Below, piece after piece: positions 56,080 through 64,000 of a stretch of DNA of 64,000 nt. The stretch comes from Candidatus Aenigmatarchaeota archaeon. GTDB taxonomy: Archaea > Aenigmatarchaeota > Aenigmatarchaeia > GW2011-AR5. Within the stretch, counting starts at the first letter, position 1. Every line of letters starts with the position of its first letter. Below the pieces are notes generated by a model. It worked only from the letters and a program-made list of their open reading frames with translations. It did not search any database and was not told the origin of the DNA. The DNA lies in assembly GCA_016187335.1 (NCBI GenBank), contig JACPJW010000001.1:160001-224000 (forward strand), in the 5' to 3' direction. The position numbers and the translations under genes were made by a program.

Positions 56080-57057
56080 TTATTTTGCCGGCTCCGCGTA
56101 GCGGATATATATTTCGAAGAACTTCCTGAAAGTATCCTTGAAATGCCGCAGCATGAGCCGCTTCAATTTGTCCTCATGCCCGTTGTCAAATGCCGTAAGA
56201 GCCGACATATAAGCGCGCCGCGATGTTTTTCTGATAATAAGCGGCGGATAGCCGCTGTTTACAAGAATCACGTTTATCAGGAATCTCCCGACCCGGCCGT
56301 TGCCGTCCTCAAAGGGATGTATTTTCTCGAAACGTCCGTGAAAAATCGCGGCTTTCTCCAGAGGATGAAGCCCTGAATTGTTGTACCATTCAATCAGTTT
56401 TCCCATTTCCTTTTCCACGTCTTCCGGCGGGGTTGTGGGGACTTCCCTTTCTGCCCGGAAAATAACATTCGGTATCCTCTTGTAGCCGGTCCTTGTGTCT
56501 ATGTCTCTCATAAGGATTCTATGCATCCTTATGATGTCCTTCTGGGTTATCCCTAATTTCCGCCTCATTATAAGCTCGACGACGGCTCTGGAATTTCTTG
56601 TTTCGTATATCTCGCGCAGCGGCTTCCCGGGCACTGTCTCCTTTTCGAACATCACTATGGCGACGTCTTTCAGCGTCAGCGAATTGCCCTCTATTGCATT
56701 GGAATCGTAAGTGAAGTTGGCCGTGAACCGGTCAAGAATATCCTTTTTGCGTGCCTTGTCCAGTTTTTTGAGCAGCCTTGCGTAGCCAACCCCGGCGGCT
56801 TCTATCTTCCTCATCTCTTCGCTGGAAAAAATATAGCTGCCATTGTAATGCTTCGTTGCCCACTTTCCTGCCATATCCTTTTCCTTTTCGGAAAGGAAGG
56901 CGCTGTATTTCCTTGCCAGCGCACCGGAACCCTTCCTCTCGTCACCTTCCTCCAGGCGCTTTGTTATGGTCGTCACGGTGCCGTCGGGAAGCCGTATGGA
57001 GTGCGCCAGGTACGCGTATTTTCTTCCGCCTATCCTCTTCCATGAAACCCTGACCAT
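56080..57057 (-). CDS. Fic family protein
   Basis: HPFEDGNGRVGR Fic motif; SNAIEGN. Confidence 0.93.
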   Translation of the reverse strand: MVRVSWKRIGGRKYAYLAHSIRLPDGTVTTITKRLEEGDERKGSGALARKYSAFLSEKEKDMAGKWATKHYNGSYIFSSEEMRKIEAAGVGYARLLKKLDKARKKDILDRFTANFTYDSNAIEGNSLTLKDVAIVMFEKETVPGKPLREIYETRNSRAVVELIMRRKLGITQKDIIRMHRILMRDIDTRTGYKRIPNVIFRAEREVPTTPPEDVEKEMGKLIEWYNNSGLHPLEKAAIFHGRFEKIHPFEDGNGRVGRFLINVILVNSGYPPLIIRKTSRRAYMSALTAFDNGHEDKLKRLMLRHFKDTFRKFFEIYIRYAEPAK

Positions 57058-57273
57058 AAGGTGTCTTAACCTTACAAATATTTAAGCTTATCTATTTTTG
57101 TAAGGTTAATCAACAGAATAGGCCGCGGCTCCCTTCAGGCGCGAATCTCCTTTCAGGACAGAAAACGCTTGCCGTTCCTCCGGCGGGAAGATGCCGGCTT
57201 CCTTCACCGTTTCTGCGCTTCCTGGGCGCACGGGAGGGCATATGAAAAATATGGAAGGGGTGGGGTATAAAGG

Positions 57274-59265
57274 TTAGCGCGTGGCAAAGAATTTTCTTAT
57301 CTCCAATTCAGGTCTTTCTGTGACGACAAAATCCCAGTTTCGTGGAAACATATTCCTAAATCTTCTCGAATTGAGTCTTTTGTCGCCGAAGACGCATATG
57401 CCTATATCTCTTTCTGTCCTTATGCATCTTCCAGCTGCCTGCACAACCTTCCTCATTGCAGGATAAAAGTATCCATAATCCATGCCTTTTTTGAAGCGCT
57501 GCTCATAATAATCAATAAGCGCCTGCGAAGCTAAACTCGGTTTTTCCAATGGTATCCCTATTGTTATGACACCATTGAGCTTGTCACCAGGAAGGTCTAT
57601 ACCTTCACTAAAAGAGCCTGCTAAAACTCCGAACAAAACAGCACCTTTTTCATATTGCGCGGCAAATTCTTCTTGAAGCTTCTTTCTCTCTTCCTTTGTT
57701 GCGCCTTGCACTTCAACAAACATAGGCTTCTGTATATTTTCCTTGGATATTGCGTATATCTCTTTCATAATCTTATAGCTCGGAAAAAATACTGCAACAT
57801 TGCCTTTTATCGCTGCCGTGCATAATACCACAGTTCTGGCTATGCGTGCATAATTTTCAGGGGTTCGTTCAGTGTACTTGGTCGTAATTTCAGTTGTAAT
57901 AATGTTCATCCTATTTTCTTTTGGAAAGGGTGACGGGTAACTTTTTAAGTCGGTCCTTTCTTCTTCCATGCCAAGAAGATCCCTGTACATTTCCATAGGG
58001 GACAAAGTTCCGGACATAAGTATTGTTGAATAAGATTGCGATATTATGTTTTTCGAAGCAACAGAAGGATCCATGCAGTTATAGAAAACGGATATATGAT
58101 CCTTACCGAATATTCTTTCTCTGGAGACTATTCTAGCGTATCCGTAGTCATCACCCAGCCAGTTCTCAAGAAATGTGACTATCTTTTCAATGAATGACTT
58201 CCTTTTGTCTTCCAGAACTTTTTGGCATGCTCTTGAGAGCGAAACCACTGCGGCTTTATAACCGCACAGTTTCTCTATCCTTTCTACGATATCGCTTTTC
58301 TGGATAAAGGATTCATTCGCTGCAAGAAGTTTTTGCTTTGCCAGGGATTTTACAACGTCTTCTATGCAATCGAGGTAGTCCTTGACATGTAGCCCAAATC
58401 TATCGCTCTCCCTCTTCGCAAGTTCTATTGTCCGCGTTGATATCTTTGACGACAGATTTTTTCTTATCCGGTCTGGCAGATTATGAGCCTCATCAACGAT
58501 TATTATGGAATTTTCCAGTGACTTGTTAAGTCTTTTGAAAAATTTCCTTTCATTTGATGAGAATATATGAAAATAATCCGCCACTATTACGACACTCTTT
58601 TTTGCCGCCTCCATCAGAAGTTCGTAAGTGCAATAAGTGTGCCCCGCAAGTTTCTTGGCGTCCTCGGAATGCAGCGGTTTATTTCCGATCTGAATTATCA
58701 TCTGCTGGGCGCCGTAAGTTACCTCCTTGACCCTGAAATTATTGTAATACTTGCACTGCCTATTGCTTACCATGCCATGGCAGAAATTGGAGAACATCGT
58801 GCTGTCAAAATCCTGGACATCATGAGAGCAAAGCCATTTCTTGCCGATTATATCGACGGCTGGAATGCCAAGCTGCTGCATGGTCTCTATTGCCATCTTG
58901 TGCTGGCTGAGCCTTGATGTAAGAAAAAAAACAGTTTTGCCGTTTTCTTGGGCATATTCAACTGCGGGAAACAGGGAAGCTATGGTTTTTCCCAGCCCTG
59001 TGGGAGCGTCAGCGATAAGGTGCCTTCTTTCTTGCAATGCCATTTTTACGTCACTAATCATTTCTTGCTGCGAGGGCCTTACAGACAAATAAGGAAATGA
59101 CATTAACTTGTGCTCTGATGGAATATTCGGTTCAACTTGCAGTTCTTTTACAGCTTGTTCTTCCCCTGCTTTCCTAGTCATATTGCACGGGAGGCAGAAG
59201 CCTTTATGTCGAATGGGCCTTCCGCATGACTGGCAGTTAAGCAGCTTTTCTACGCTATCATCCAT
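57274..59265 (-). CDS. XPD/Rad3 (DinG family) Fe-S helicase with N-terminal zinc finger
   Basis: APTGLGKT, DEAHN, MSGT, SEGIDL, QAAGRCIR; four Fe-S Cys. Confidence 0.92.
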   Translation of the reverse strand: MDDSVEKLLNCQSCGRPIRHKGFCLPCNMTRKAGEEQAVKELQVEPNIPSEHKLMSFPYLSVRPSQQEMISDVKMALQERRHLIADAPTGLGKTIASLFPAVEYAQENGKTVFFLTSRLSQHKMAIETMQQLGIPAVDIIGKKWLCSHDVQDFDSTMFSNFCHGMVSNRQCKYYNNFRVKEVTYGAQQMIIQIGNKPLHSEDAKKLAGHTYCTYELLMEAAKKSVVIVADYFHIFSSNERKFFKRLNKSLENSIIIVDEAHNLPDRIRKNLSSKISTRTIELAKRESDRFGLHVKDYLDCIEDVVKSLAKQKLLAANESFIQKSDIVERIEKLCGYKAAVVSLSRACQKVLEDKRKSFIEKIVTFLENWLGDDYGYARIVSRERIFGKDHISVFYNCMDPSVASKNIISQSYSTILMSGTLSPMEMYRDLLGMEEERTDLKSYPSPFPKENRMNIITTEITTKYTERTPENYARIARTVVLCTAAIKGNVAVFFPSYKIMKEIYAISKENIQKPMFVEVQGATKEERKKLQEEFAAQYEKGAVLFGVLAGSFSEGIDLPGDKLNGVITIGIPLEKPSLASQALIDYYEQRFKKGMDYGYFYPAMRKVVQAAGRCIRTERDIGICVFGDKRLNSRRFRNMFPRNWDFVVTERPELEIRKFFATR

Positions 59266-59298
59266 TATCTGTATTTCGGATAAATTCTTTAAATAGAA

Positions 59299-60195
59299 TT
59301 GAGGGAAAATTTCTGTATGTCTATGAATTCTTTCTGGCGCAGCAAGTTCGCATGGTCAAATTCGCGCCATAACCAGTGGGCAGAATGCAAAAAACAGTAT
59401 TACTTTAATAATATCAAGAAGTACGATGGTCTACCGAATGATCCCGGCCGGGAACTGCTGTGGCGGCTTTCAGAACTGCAGAAAATGCCTTTTTTGAAAG
59501 GCCGCCTGATTCACGAAGCCGTAAAGCACCAGATTTCCAACCACAACGCAGGGCGCGGCGTGGATGCAGATATCGCGAAAAATTTTTTCCTGTCGCAGTT
59601 TGACAGCACTGTAAAAGACATGAACCTTGTTATAACAGAAGCCGCAAACGGCTTTCCTCCGGGCGAAAAAGAAATAAACGATATAAGAAAGGACGGAATA
59701 AAACAGATAGAAAATTTCTGCAACATAATATGGAATAATTACAAAGGCGTCAGGTGCCTTGGCCACGAAAAGAACGAGGAATTTTTTCTTGACGGCATAA
59801 AAGTAAGAATAAAATATGACCTTCTCACGGAAAAGGACGGGATGCATGTCATTACGGACTGGAAAACCGGGAGTTCCGGCTTTGACGACGTAGATGAAAA
59901 TATCCAGATAGGCACTTATTTTACCTGGCTGAATAAAACAAATGGAATTTCCGCCGGCATGATAAAGGGCGAAGTCGTGTACCTGAAGTCGTGCGACACT
60001 GAGATAGCGGAAAAAACCGATGCCGACATTAAGAAAATCGAGGAGTTTATCAAGAAAGACTCGGCGGAAATGCTGTCGGTAAGAAGCGAAGAGGACTTCC
60101 CTGCATCTCCAGAACCGAAAAGATGCATCGGGTGCAATTTCCTTTCCGTATGCAAGGAAGGGAAAGAAGTCATTAGTTCTTTAAAGAGCCAATAA
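59299..60195 (+). CDS. PD-(D/E)XK nuclease, RecB/Cas4-like
   Basis: KYD...ITDWKTG...QIGTY; N-terminal Cys plus C-terminal CxxCxxxxxC. Confidence 0.85.
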   Translation: MRENFCMSMNSFWRSKFAWSNSRHNQWAECKKQYYFNNIKKYDGLPNDPGRELLWRLSELQKMPFLKGRLIHEAVKHQISNHNAGRGVDADIAKNFFLSQFDSTVKDMNLVITEAANGFPPGEKEINDIRKDGIKQIENFCNIIWNNYKGVRCLGHEKNEEFFLDGIKVRIKYDLLTEKDGMHVITDWKTGSSGFDDVDENIQIGTYFTWLNKTNGISAGMIKGEVVYLKSCDTEIAEKTDADIKKIEEFIKKDSAEMLSVRSEEDFPASPEPKRCIGCNFLSVCKEGKEVISSLKSQ

Positions 60196-60351
60196 ATGGC
60201 ACAATACTGCAGGTTTTTACTTCCCCATGATTTCCAGACCAGTAAAATTCACTTTTTGGTTGTAGTATAAAACCTTTAAAAGATTGCCCCAGAAAAGAAT
60301 ACTAGATATGACCCCCAGTCTTGCACCCTCTTCGGAGGGGCGACACTGGGC

Positions 60352-60903
60352 TTATTTTCTTTCCTTTATGCATTTCATTACGACTTCATCCATAAGAACT
60401 GAAGAACTGCATACCTTTCTGAGAAAGTTGGATCTGCTGACCAAAAAATACGCGTTTTCCACTTTCTTGCCTAATTTTTGCACTTTTCTAATAGCAGGGA
60501 CAAAATCACCGTCACCGCTTACAAGAATAGCAGTATCATATTTATTTTCGTAAGCGAAAGATAGCATGTCGGTAGCTATGTATATGTCATCTCCTTTGAC
60601 CGAAAATTCAATAGTCCCGTCGGGTCTGTGTGTTTTTCTCATATTAGCCAATATAACATGAAAATCCGGTATTTTCCTTAATTCGGAGAAGAATCGTTGC
60701 TGCTTCCAGTAAACATCCTCATTATAACCGCGATCCAAGGGTGCATTGTAGTAGTAAGTGCCTATTAGCAGACGTTCTTTCCGTAATATTTCTATTAGCT
60801 TTGAAAAATCTATTTCGTTGTCGTGAAGAGAAAAGGTATCTTTCACACTATGATAGAAGTTGCTGCCGTCAATAAAAATTACTATCCGCTCTTGATTTGT
60901 CAT
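60352..60903 (-). CDS. NYN domain protein
   Basis: FIDGSN, KGDD, LVSGDGDF. Confidence 0.92.
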   Translation of the reverse strand: MTNQERIVIFIDGSNFYHSVKDTFSLHDNEIDFSKLIEILRKERLLIGTYYYNAPLDRGYNEDVYWKQQRFFSELRKIPDFHVILANMRKTHRPDGTIEFSVKGDDIYIATDMLSFAYENKYDTAILVSGDGDFVPAIRKVQKLGKKVENAYFLVSRSNFLRKVCSSSVLMDEVVMKCIKERK

Positions 60904-60948
60904 TGCTTATCCTTATAGAATTACAACTATAAAATTTATAGTTATTAT

Positions 60949-61058
60949 TTCCCCATCATCTTCCTGTAGAACTCTTCGTCTTCACATCCTCGGCCCTTCT
61001 TTCATGGCCTTGATGCCTTTGACATCGCTTGCTTGAAAAACAGGGCAGCGGCAGCAGA
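60949..61058 (+). repeat. imperfect ~110-bp direct repeat, copy 1
   Basis: Shares a 23-bp block and a 47-bp block (60996-61042) identically with copy 2. Confidence 0.92.
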
Positions 61059-61091
61059 CGGCAGGAGCCATTTTCTGCTCAAGAGCGGCTT

Positions 61092-61286
61092 TCAAATTCT
61101 TAAACGTCGTCTTCTGGGTTTTCTTCTTAGATGTCTTCGCACTATTCTTCCAAGCTTCTTATGTTTTTTGACTTTCACTGGTTTTTTCCATGTAACTTTT
61201 AAGTTACCCTTTGGAATAGGACCTATAGTGCCTACTTCTCCTTCCACTTTTTCAATCCCTTCCAAAACTTTTTTGATTTGTTTCAT
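61092..61286 (-). CDS. small very basic hypothetical protein
   Basis: 64 aa with a K/R-rich C-terminus. Confidence 0.5.
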   Translation of the reverse strand: MKQIKKVLEGIEKVEGEVGTIGPIPKGNLKVTWKKPVKVKKHKKLGRIVRRHLRRKPRRRRLRI

Positions 61287-61390
61287 TATCTCTGCACCTC
61301 ATTACATTCAGGGCATCTTACGAACTGGTAGCGGGCTTTGAAGTTGCAGTTTTCTGTAATCCTTAAAAAGACCCGATTTATTTCTTATAA

Positions 61391-62686
61391 ATGCAAGAAG
61401 GTATCAAGGTGCTTTTGGGTAAATCTGTTCGAGAGGGAAAGAAAATATATTGGGAGCCCAAAAGGGAGAAAAACCCGCACCTTGTTGTTGTCGGCACTAG
61501 CGGTTCTGGGAAAACCGAAACCTTGCGTTCTATAATCCTTGAACTGAAACGCCAGAACGTCCCGTCCATTATTATCGATTTCCATGCTGAATTTAGGGAT
61601 GTTGCCGATCAGGTAATAAACTTGCGGGACCTTACAATAAATCCACTTGAAATTGAGCTTGGAAGGAGACCTCAAGATGTTGTTTATGAAGTCGCAAACA
61701 TAATGAAAAAGATATTCAGCCTGGGGGACCAGCAGGAAGCCCTTCTCAGACAGGCAATCAGAAGATGCTACGAAGACAATAGAATAAACATACTAAACCC
61801 AGTTTATTCGAACATGAAGGCGCCTCCTTTTATGGACATAAAGGACAAGATAAACGAAATCTATGATGAAAGCGATTCTATTTCAAGAAACACCCTGTTT
61901 TCTCTAACTAATAGAATAGAAGCTCTATTTGAGGTTGACATATTCTTTAAGGAAAATACTATAATACCTTTTGATACTATCATAAGGAAAACCACATCTA
62001 TAGAGCTTAAGGATTTCCCAACCGAGGATATAAAGTCTGTCATAGCCGAATTTTTCCTAAACAAGCTCATCTACTATCTCTACAAGGCTGGGAAATCGGA
62101 TTCAATGCGTCTTCATTGCGTCATAGATGAGGCTCATAGGCTTACATATGAAGGGTCCCCGCTTGACAGGTTGCTGAGAGAATCTAGAAAATATGGCACC
62201 GGCATAATCCTGTCATCTCAGAGACCTAGCGATTTCAGCGAAACCATTCTGGCAAATAGCGGTGGTATAATAAGCCTTCAATGCAGTCTGGAAAAGGATG
62301 CCAAGTTCGTGGCGCGGCAAATGAACCTCGACTTCATAGATGTGAAAAACTTAACCGATGTGGGATCCGGCTTTGTTAAGTTTTCCTCGGACAACGTAAG
62401 CCGAAAGATAAAAATACAACATATAAATGAAAGACTGACAGAAGAAGAAAAATCTGAGATCGAAAGGAAACTCAGGCAGTTCGAAAGGTTGGTAATAAAG
62501 GTCGAGGAAAAGAAAAAAAGAAAAGTGAAACCAAAGAAACGAAGAAAACTAAGGCCAGCCAAAAAAATTCTAAAATCCAAAAAATCTAAAAAGGAAAAAA
62601 CTAAAAGACTGACAATTTGTAGGAATTGTCTTTATGGAAACGAAAAAGACGCCTTATATTGTACGGAATGTGGTGCTAGATTATAA
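61391..62686 (+). CDS. HerA/FtsK/VirB4-superfamily ATPase with C-terminal zinc ribbon
   Basis: GTSGSGKT, VIDEAH, RESRKYG, SQRP; CxxC...CxxC tail. Confidence 0.88.
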   Translation: MQEGIKVLLGKSVREGKKIYWEPKREKNPHLVVVGTSGSGKTETLRSIILELKRQNVPSIIIDFHAEFRDVADQVINLRDLTINPLEIELGRRPQDVVYEVANIMKKIFSLGDQQEALLRQAIRRCYEDNRINILNPVYSNMKAPPFMDIKDKINEIYDESDSISRNTLFSLTNRIEALFEVDIFFKENTIIPFDTIIRKTTSIELKDFPTEDIKSVIAEFFLNKLIYYLYKAGKSDSMRLHCVIDEAHRLTYEGSPLDRLLRESRKYGTGIILSSQRPSDFSETILANSGGIISLQCSLEKDAKFVARQMNLDFIDVKNLTDVGSGFVKFSSDNVSRKIKIQHINERLTEEEKSEIERKLRQFERLVIKVEEKKKRKVKPKKRRKLRPAKKILKSKKSKKEKTKRLTICRNCLYGNEKDALYCTECGARL

Positions 62687-63145
62687 CTTGTTACCACATT
62701 TCTTGCAGAATTTACTGCCTTCTTTATTTCGTATTTTACAGTTTAAACAGATATAATTTTCAATTAAGGATTTTTTCAATTCCTTAAAATCAATAAATCT
62801 TTCCATTTTCTTATCTTCAATTCTTTCAAACTTTTTCTTATGTTTTTTTGAATGATGTATAAGCATCGTTATGTCAGCTAAAGTAATAAAAATAAATATC
62901 ATAAAACTAGCAGTGTAAATCATTTCGTTTGATTTTGTAATAAGATACATAATAAAAAAAGAGCCAAAGGCATATGCTGCTCTTCTGTACTCGCCTAAAT
63001 ATAAATAGCCCGCGCCGATAAAGGAAAAAAATAATTGTAAAATTAACGCTATCCAATATTTTTTGTTAGAAAGCCGAAGTATGTCAGATTTAGGACGGCT
63101 CTTTACAATCTCATGATATTTATCATACAGATATCCTTGTTTCAT
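62681..63145 (-). CDS. TM2-like membrane protein with C-terminal zinc ribbon
   Basis: KKYWIALIL...GAGYLYLG; CLNC...CKKC. Confidence 0.8.
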   Translation of the reverse strand: MKQGYLYDKYHEIVKSRPKSDILRLSNKKYWIALILQLFFSFIGAGYLYLGEYRRAAYAFGSFFIMYLITKSNEMIYTASFMIFIFITLADITMLIHHSKKHKKKFERIEDKKMERFIDFKELKKSLIENYICLNCKIRNKEGSKFCKKCGNKL

Positions 63146-63149
63146 TCAC

Positions 63150-63262
63150 TTCCCCATCATCTTCCTGTAGAATTCCAAGATCCTCCGGCAACATCCTGAC
63201 TTCTTTCATGGCCTTGATGCCTTTGACATCGCTTGCTTGAAAAACATGGCAGCGGCCGCAGA
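63150..63262 (+). repeat. imperfect ~110-bp direct repeat, copy 2
   Basis: 47-bp identical block at 63200-63246. Confidence 0.92.
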
Positions 63263-63283
63263 AATCTTTACATGAATAATGAA

Positions 63284-64000
63284 CTAGTATAGCCCTAGAT
63301 TTTCTTCCATTCCTTTTAGTTCCCTCTTCTTTTCTATCAAATTCATAATATGTATAGGTTCGTAAATTTTTAGCTTATCAGAAAAATGTTTATCTTCTGC
63401 GGAAGCAATATTTAATATCTTTTTTATCGCTTCTTTAGGTACTACAATCCTTGGCAAAGAATTCCATCTATTAAAAGCGAATTTCAACCTCATTACTGCT
63501 CTTTCTATCATTCCGGAAAGTTCAACTTCAAATACGTACGTAGGTACTCCACTAATCTCTCTTTTCCATACAACATCAATATTTTTGTCTTCATGTGAGA
63601 GATTTATAGGATACTCTAATTCGGTATGATAAAACTGAAGCTTACCGATTTCAGCTATAGTGTTTTGCAAATCTCTATGTGATAGAGTTCCTTTAGATGT
63701 AATATGTTCTACAGCAATGTATTTTGGTGAGCTTTCCATTACAGTCATTGGTTGGGAAACTACAGGTTGAATAATAGTTGAGCCTCGAAACAGATCTGTG
63801 GTCTTTGTGCCAAAAGTGCTCTCTGCTAGCTCGAAAAGACGTATTGACTTTTTGATATCGAGTAATTGAAAGCCAACTTGCCAATTAAGTCGAAAGTCTG
63901 AAATATCTATTTTATCAGTTTTCCATTTGTCTCTTGATAAAGTTTTTAAAATTTGGATCCTGAATCTCAGAGGCCATATAACTTCTTTATTCTTTTTCTC
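63284..64000 (-). CDS. 5'-truncated protein, putative EVE domain plus PD-(D/E)XK nuclease
   Basis: Frame is open to the window edge (EVIWPLRFRIQIL...); C-terminal IDVVW...FEVE. Confidence 0.6.
   Translation of the reverse strand, partial: EKKNKEVIWPLRFRIQILKTLSRDKWKTDKIDISDFRLNWQVGFQLLDIKKSIRLFELAESTFGTKTTDLFRGSTIIQPVVSQPMTVMESSPKYIAVEHITSKGTLSHRDLQNTIAEIGKLQFYHTELEYPINLSHEDKNIDVVWKREISGVPTYVFEVELSGMIERAVMRLKFAFNRWNSLPRIVVPKEAIKKILNIASAEDKHFSDKLKIYEPIHIMNLIEKKRELKGMEENLGLY

Noticed and set aside
46984-63262. TGA recoding (in-frame TGA in the DUF1761 remnant and in both direct repeats)
   Set aside because: Many bona fide genes in the window end with TGA, and these loci also show frameshifts or decay

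Overview
Archaeal chromosome segment, most likely from a DPANN archaeon (the fused PriS-PriL primase and the unlinked 23S rRNA gene support this; finer taxonomy is not determined). 1-33 kb is mainly housekeeping: ribosomal proteins, RpoD/RpoK, aIF2a, Nop10, Cbf5, GINS, primase, Bud32, GGR, and a shortened SMC with ScpA/ScpB. 33-48 kb holds a fbp-pgk-gap operon, MsrB, redox and glycosylation genes and an RNase P RNA gene. A stand-alone 23S rRNA gene (minus strand, 48273-54035) is split by 12 bulge-helix-bulge (BHB) introns totalling 2853 nt; removing them leaves 2910 nt, a normal 23S length. Two introns encode LAGLIDADG endonucleases and one encodes a small membrane protein. A tRNA-Leu(UAA) carries four BHB introns and a tRNA-Ser(GGA) carries one. 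56-64 kb looks like a defence/accessory region. The most novel signal is a family of short A/T-tract palindromic hairpins that recurs in tRNA introns, rRNA introns, the pre-rRNA leader and trailer, RNase P RNA, directly after stop codons, and in frame inside a protein gene. A second signal is a TACT-N4-AGTA palindrome just downstream of the TATA box of five scattered AT-rich orphan genes. All calls are manual. E. coli 23S numbering and comparisons with reference proteins are from memory and need alignment.
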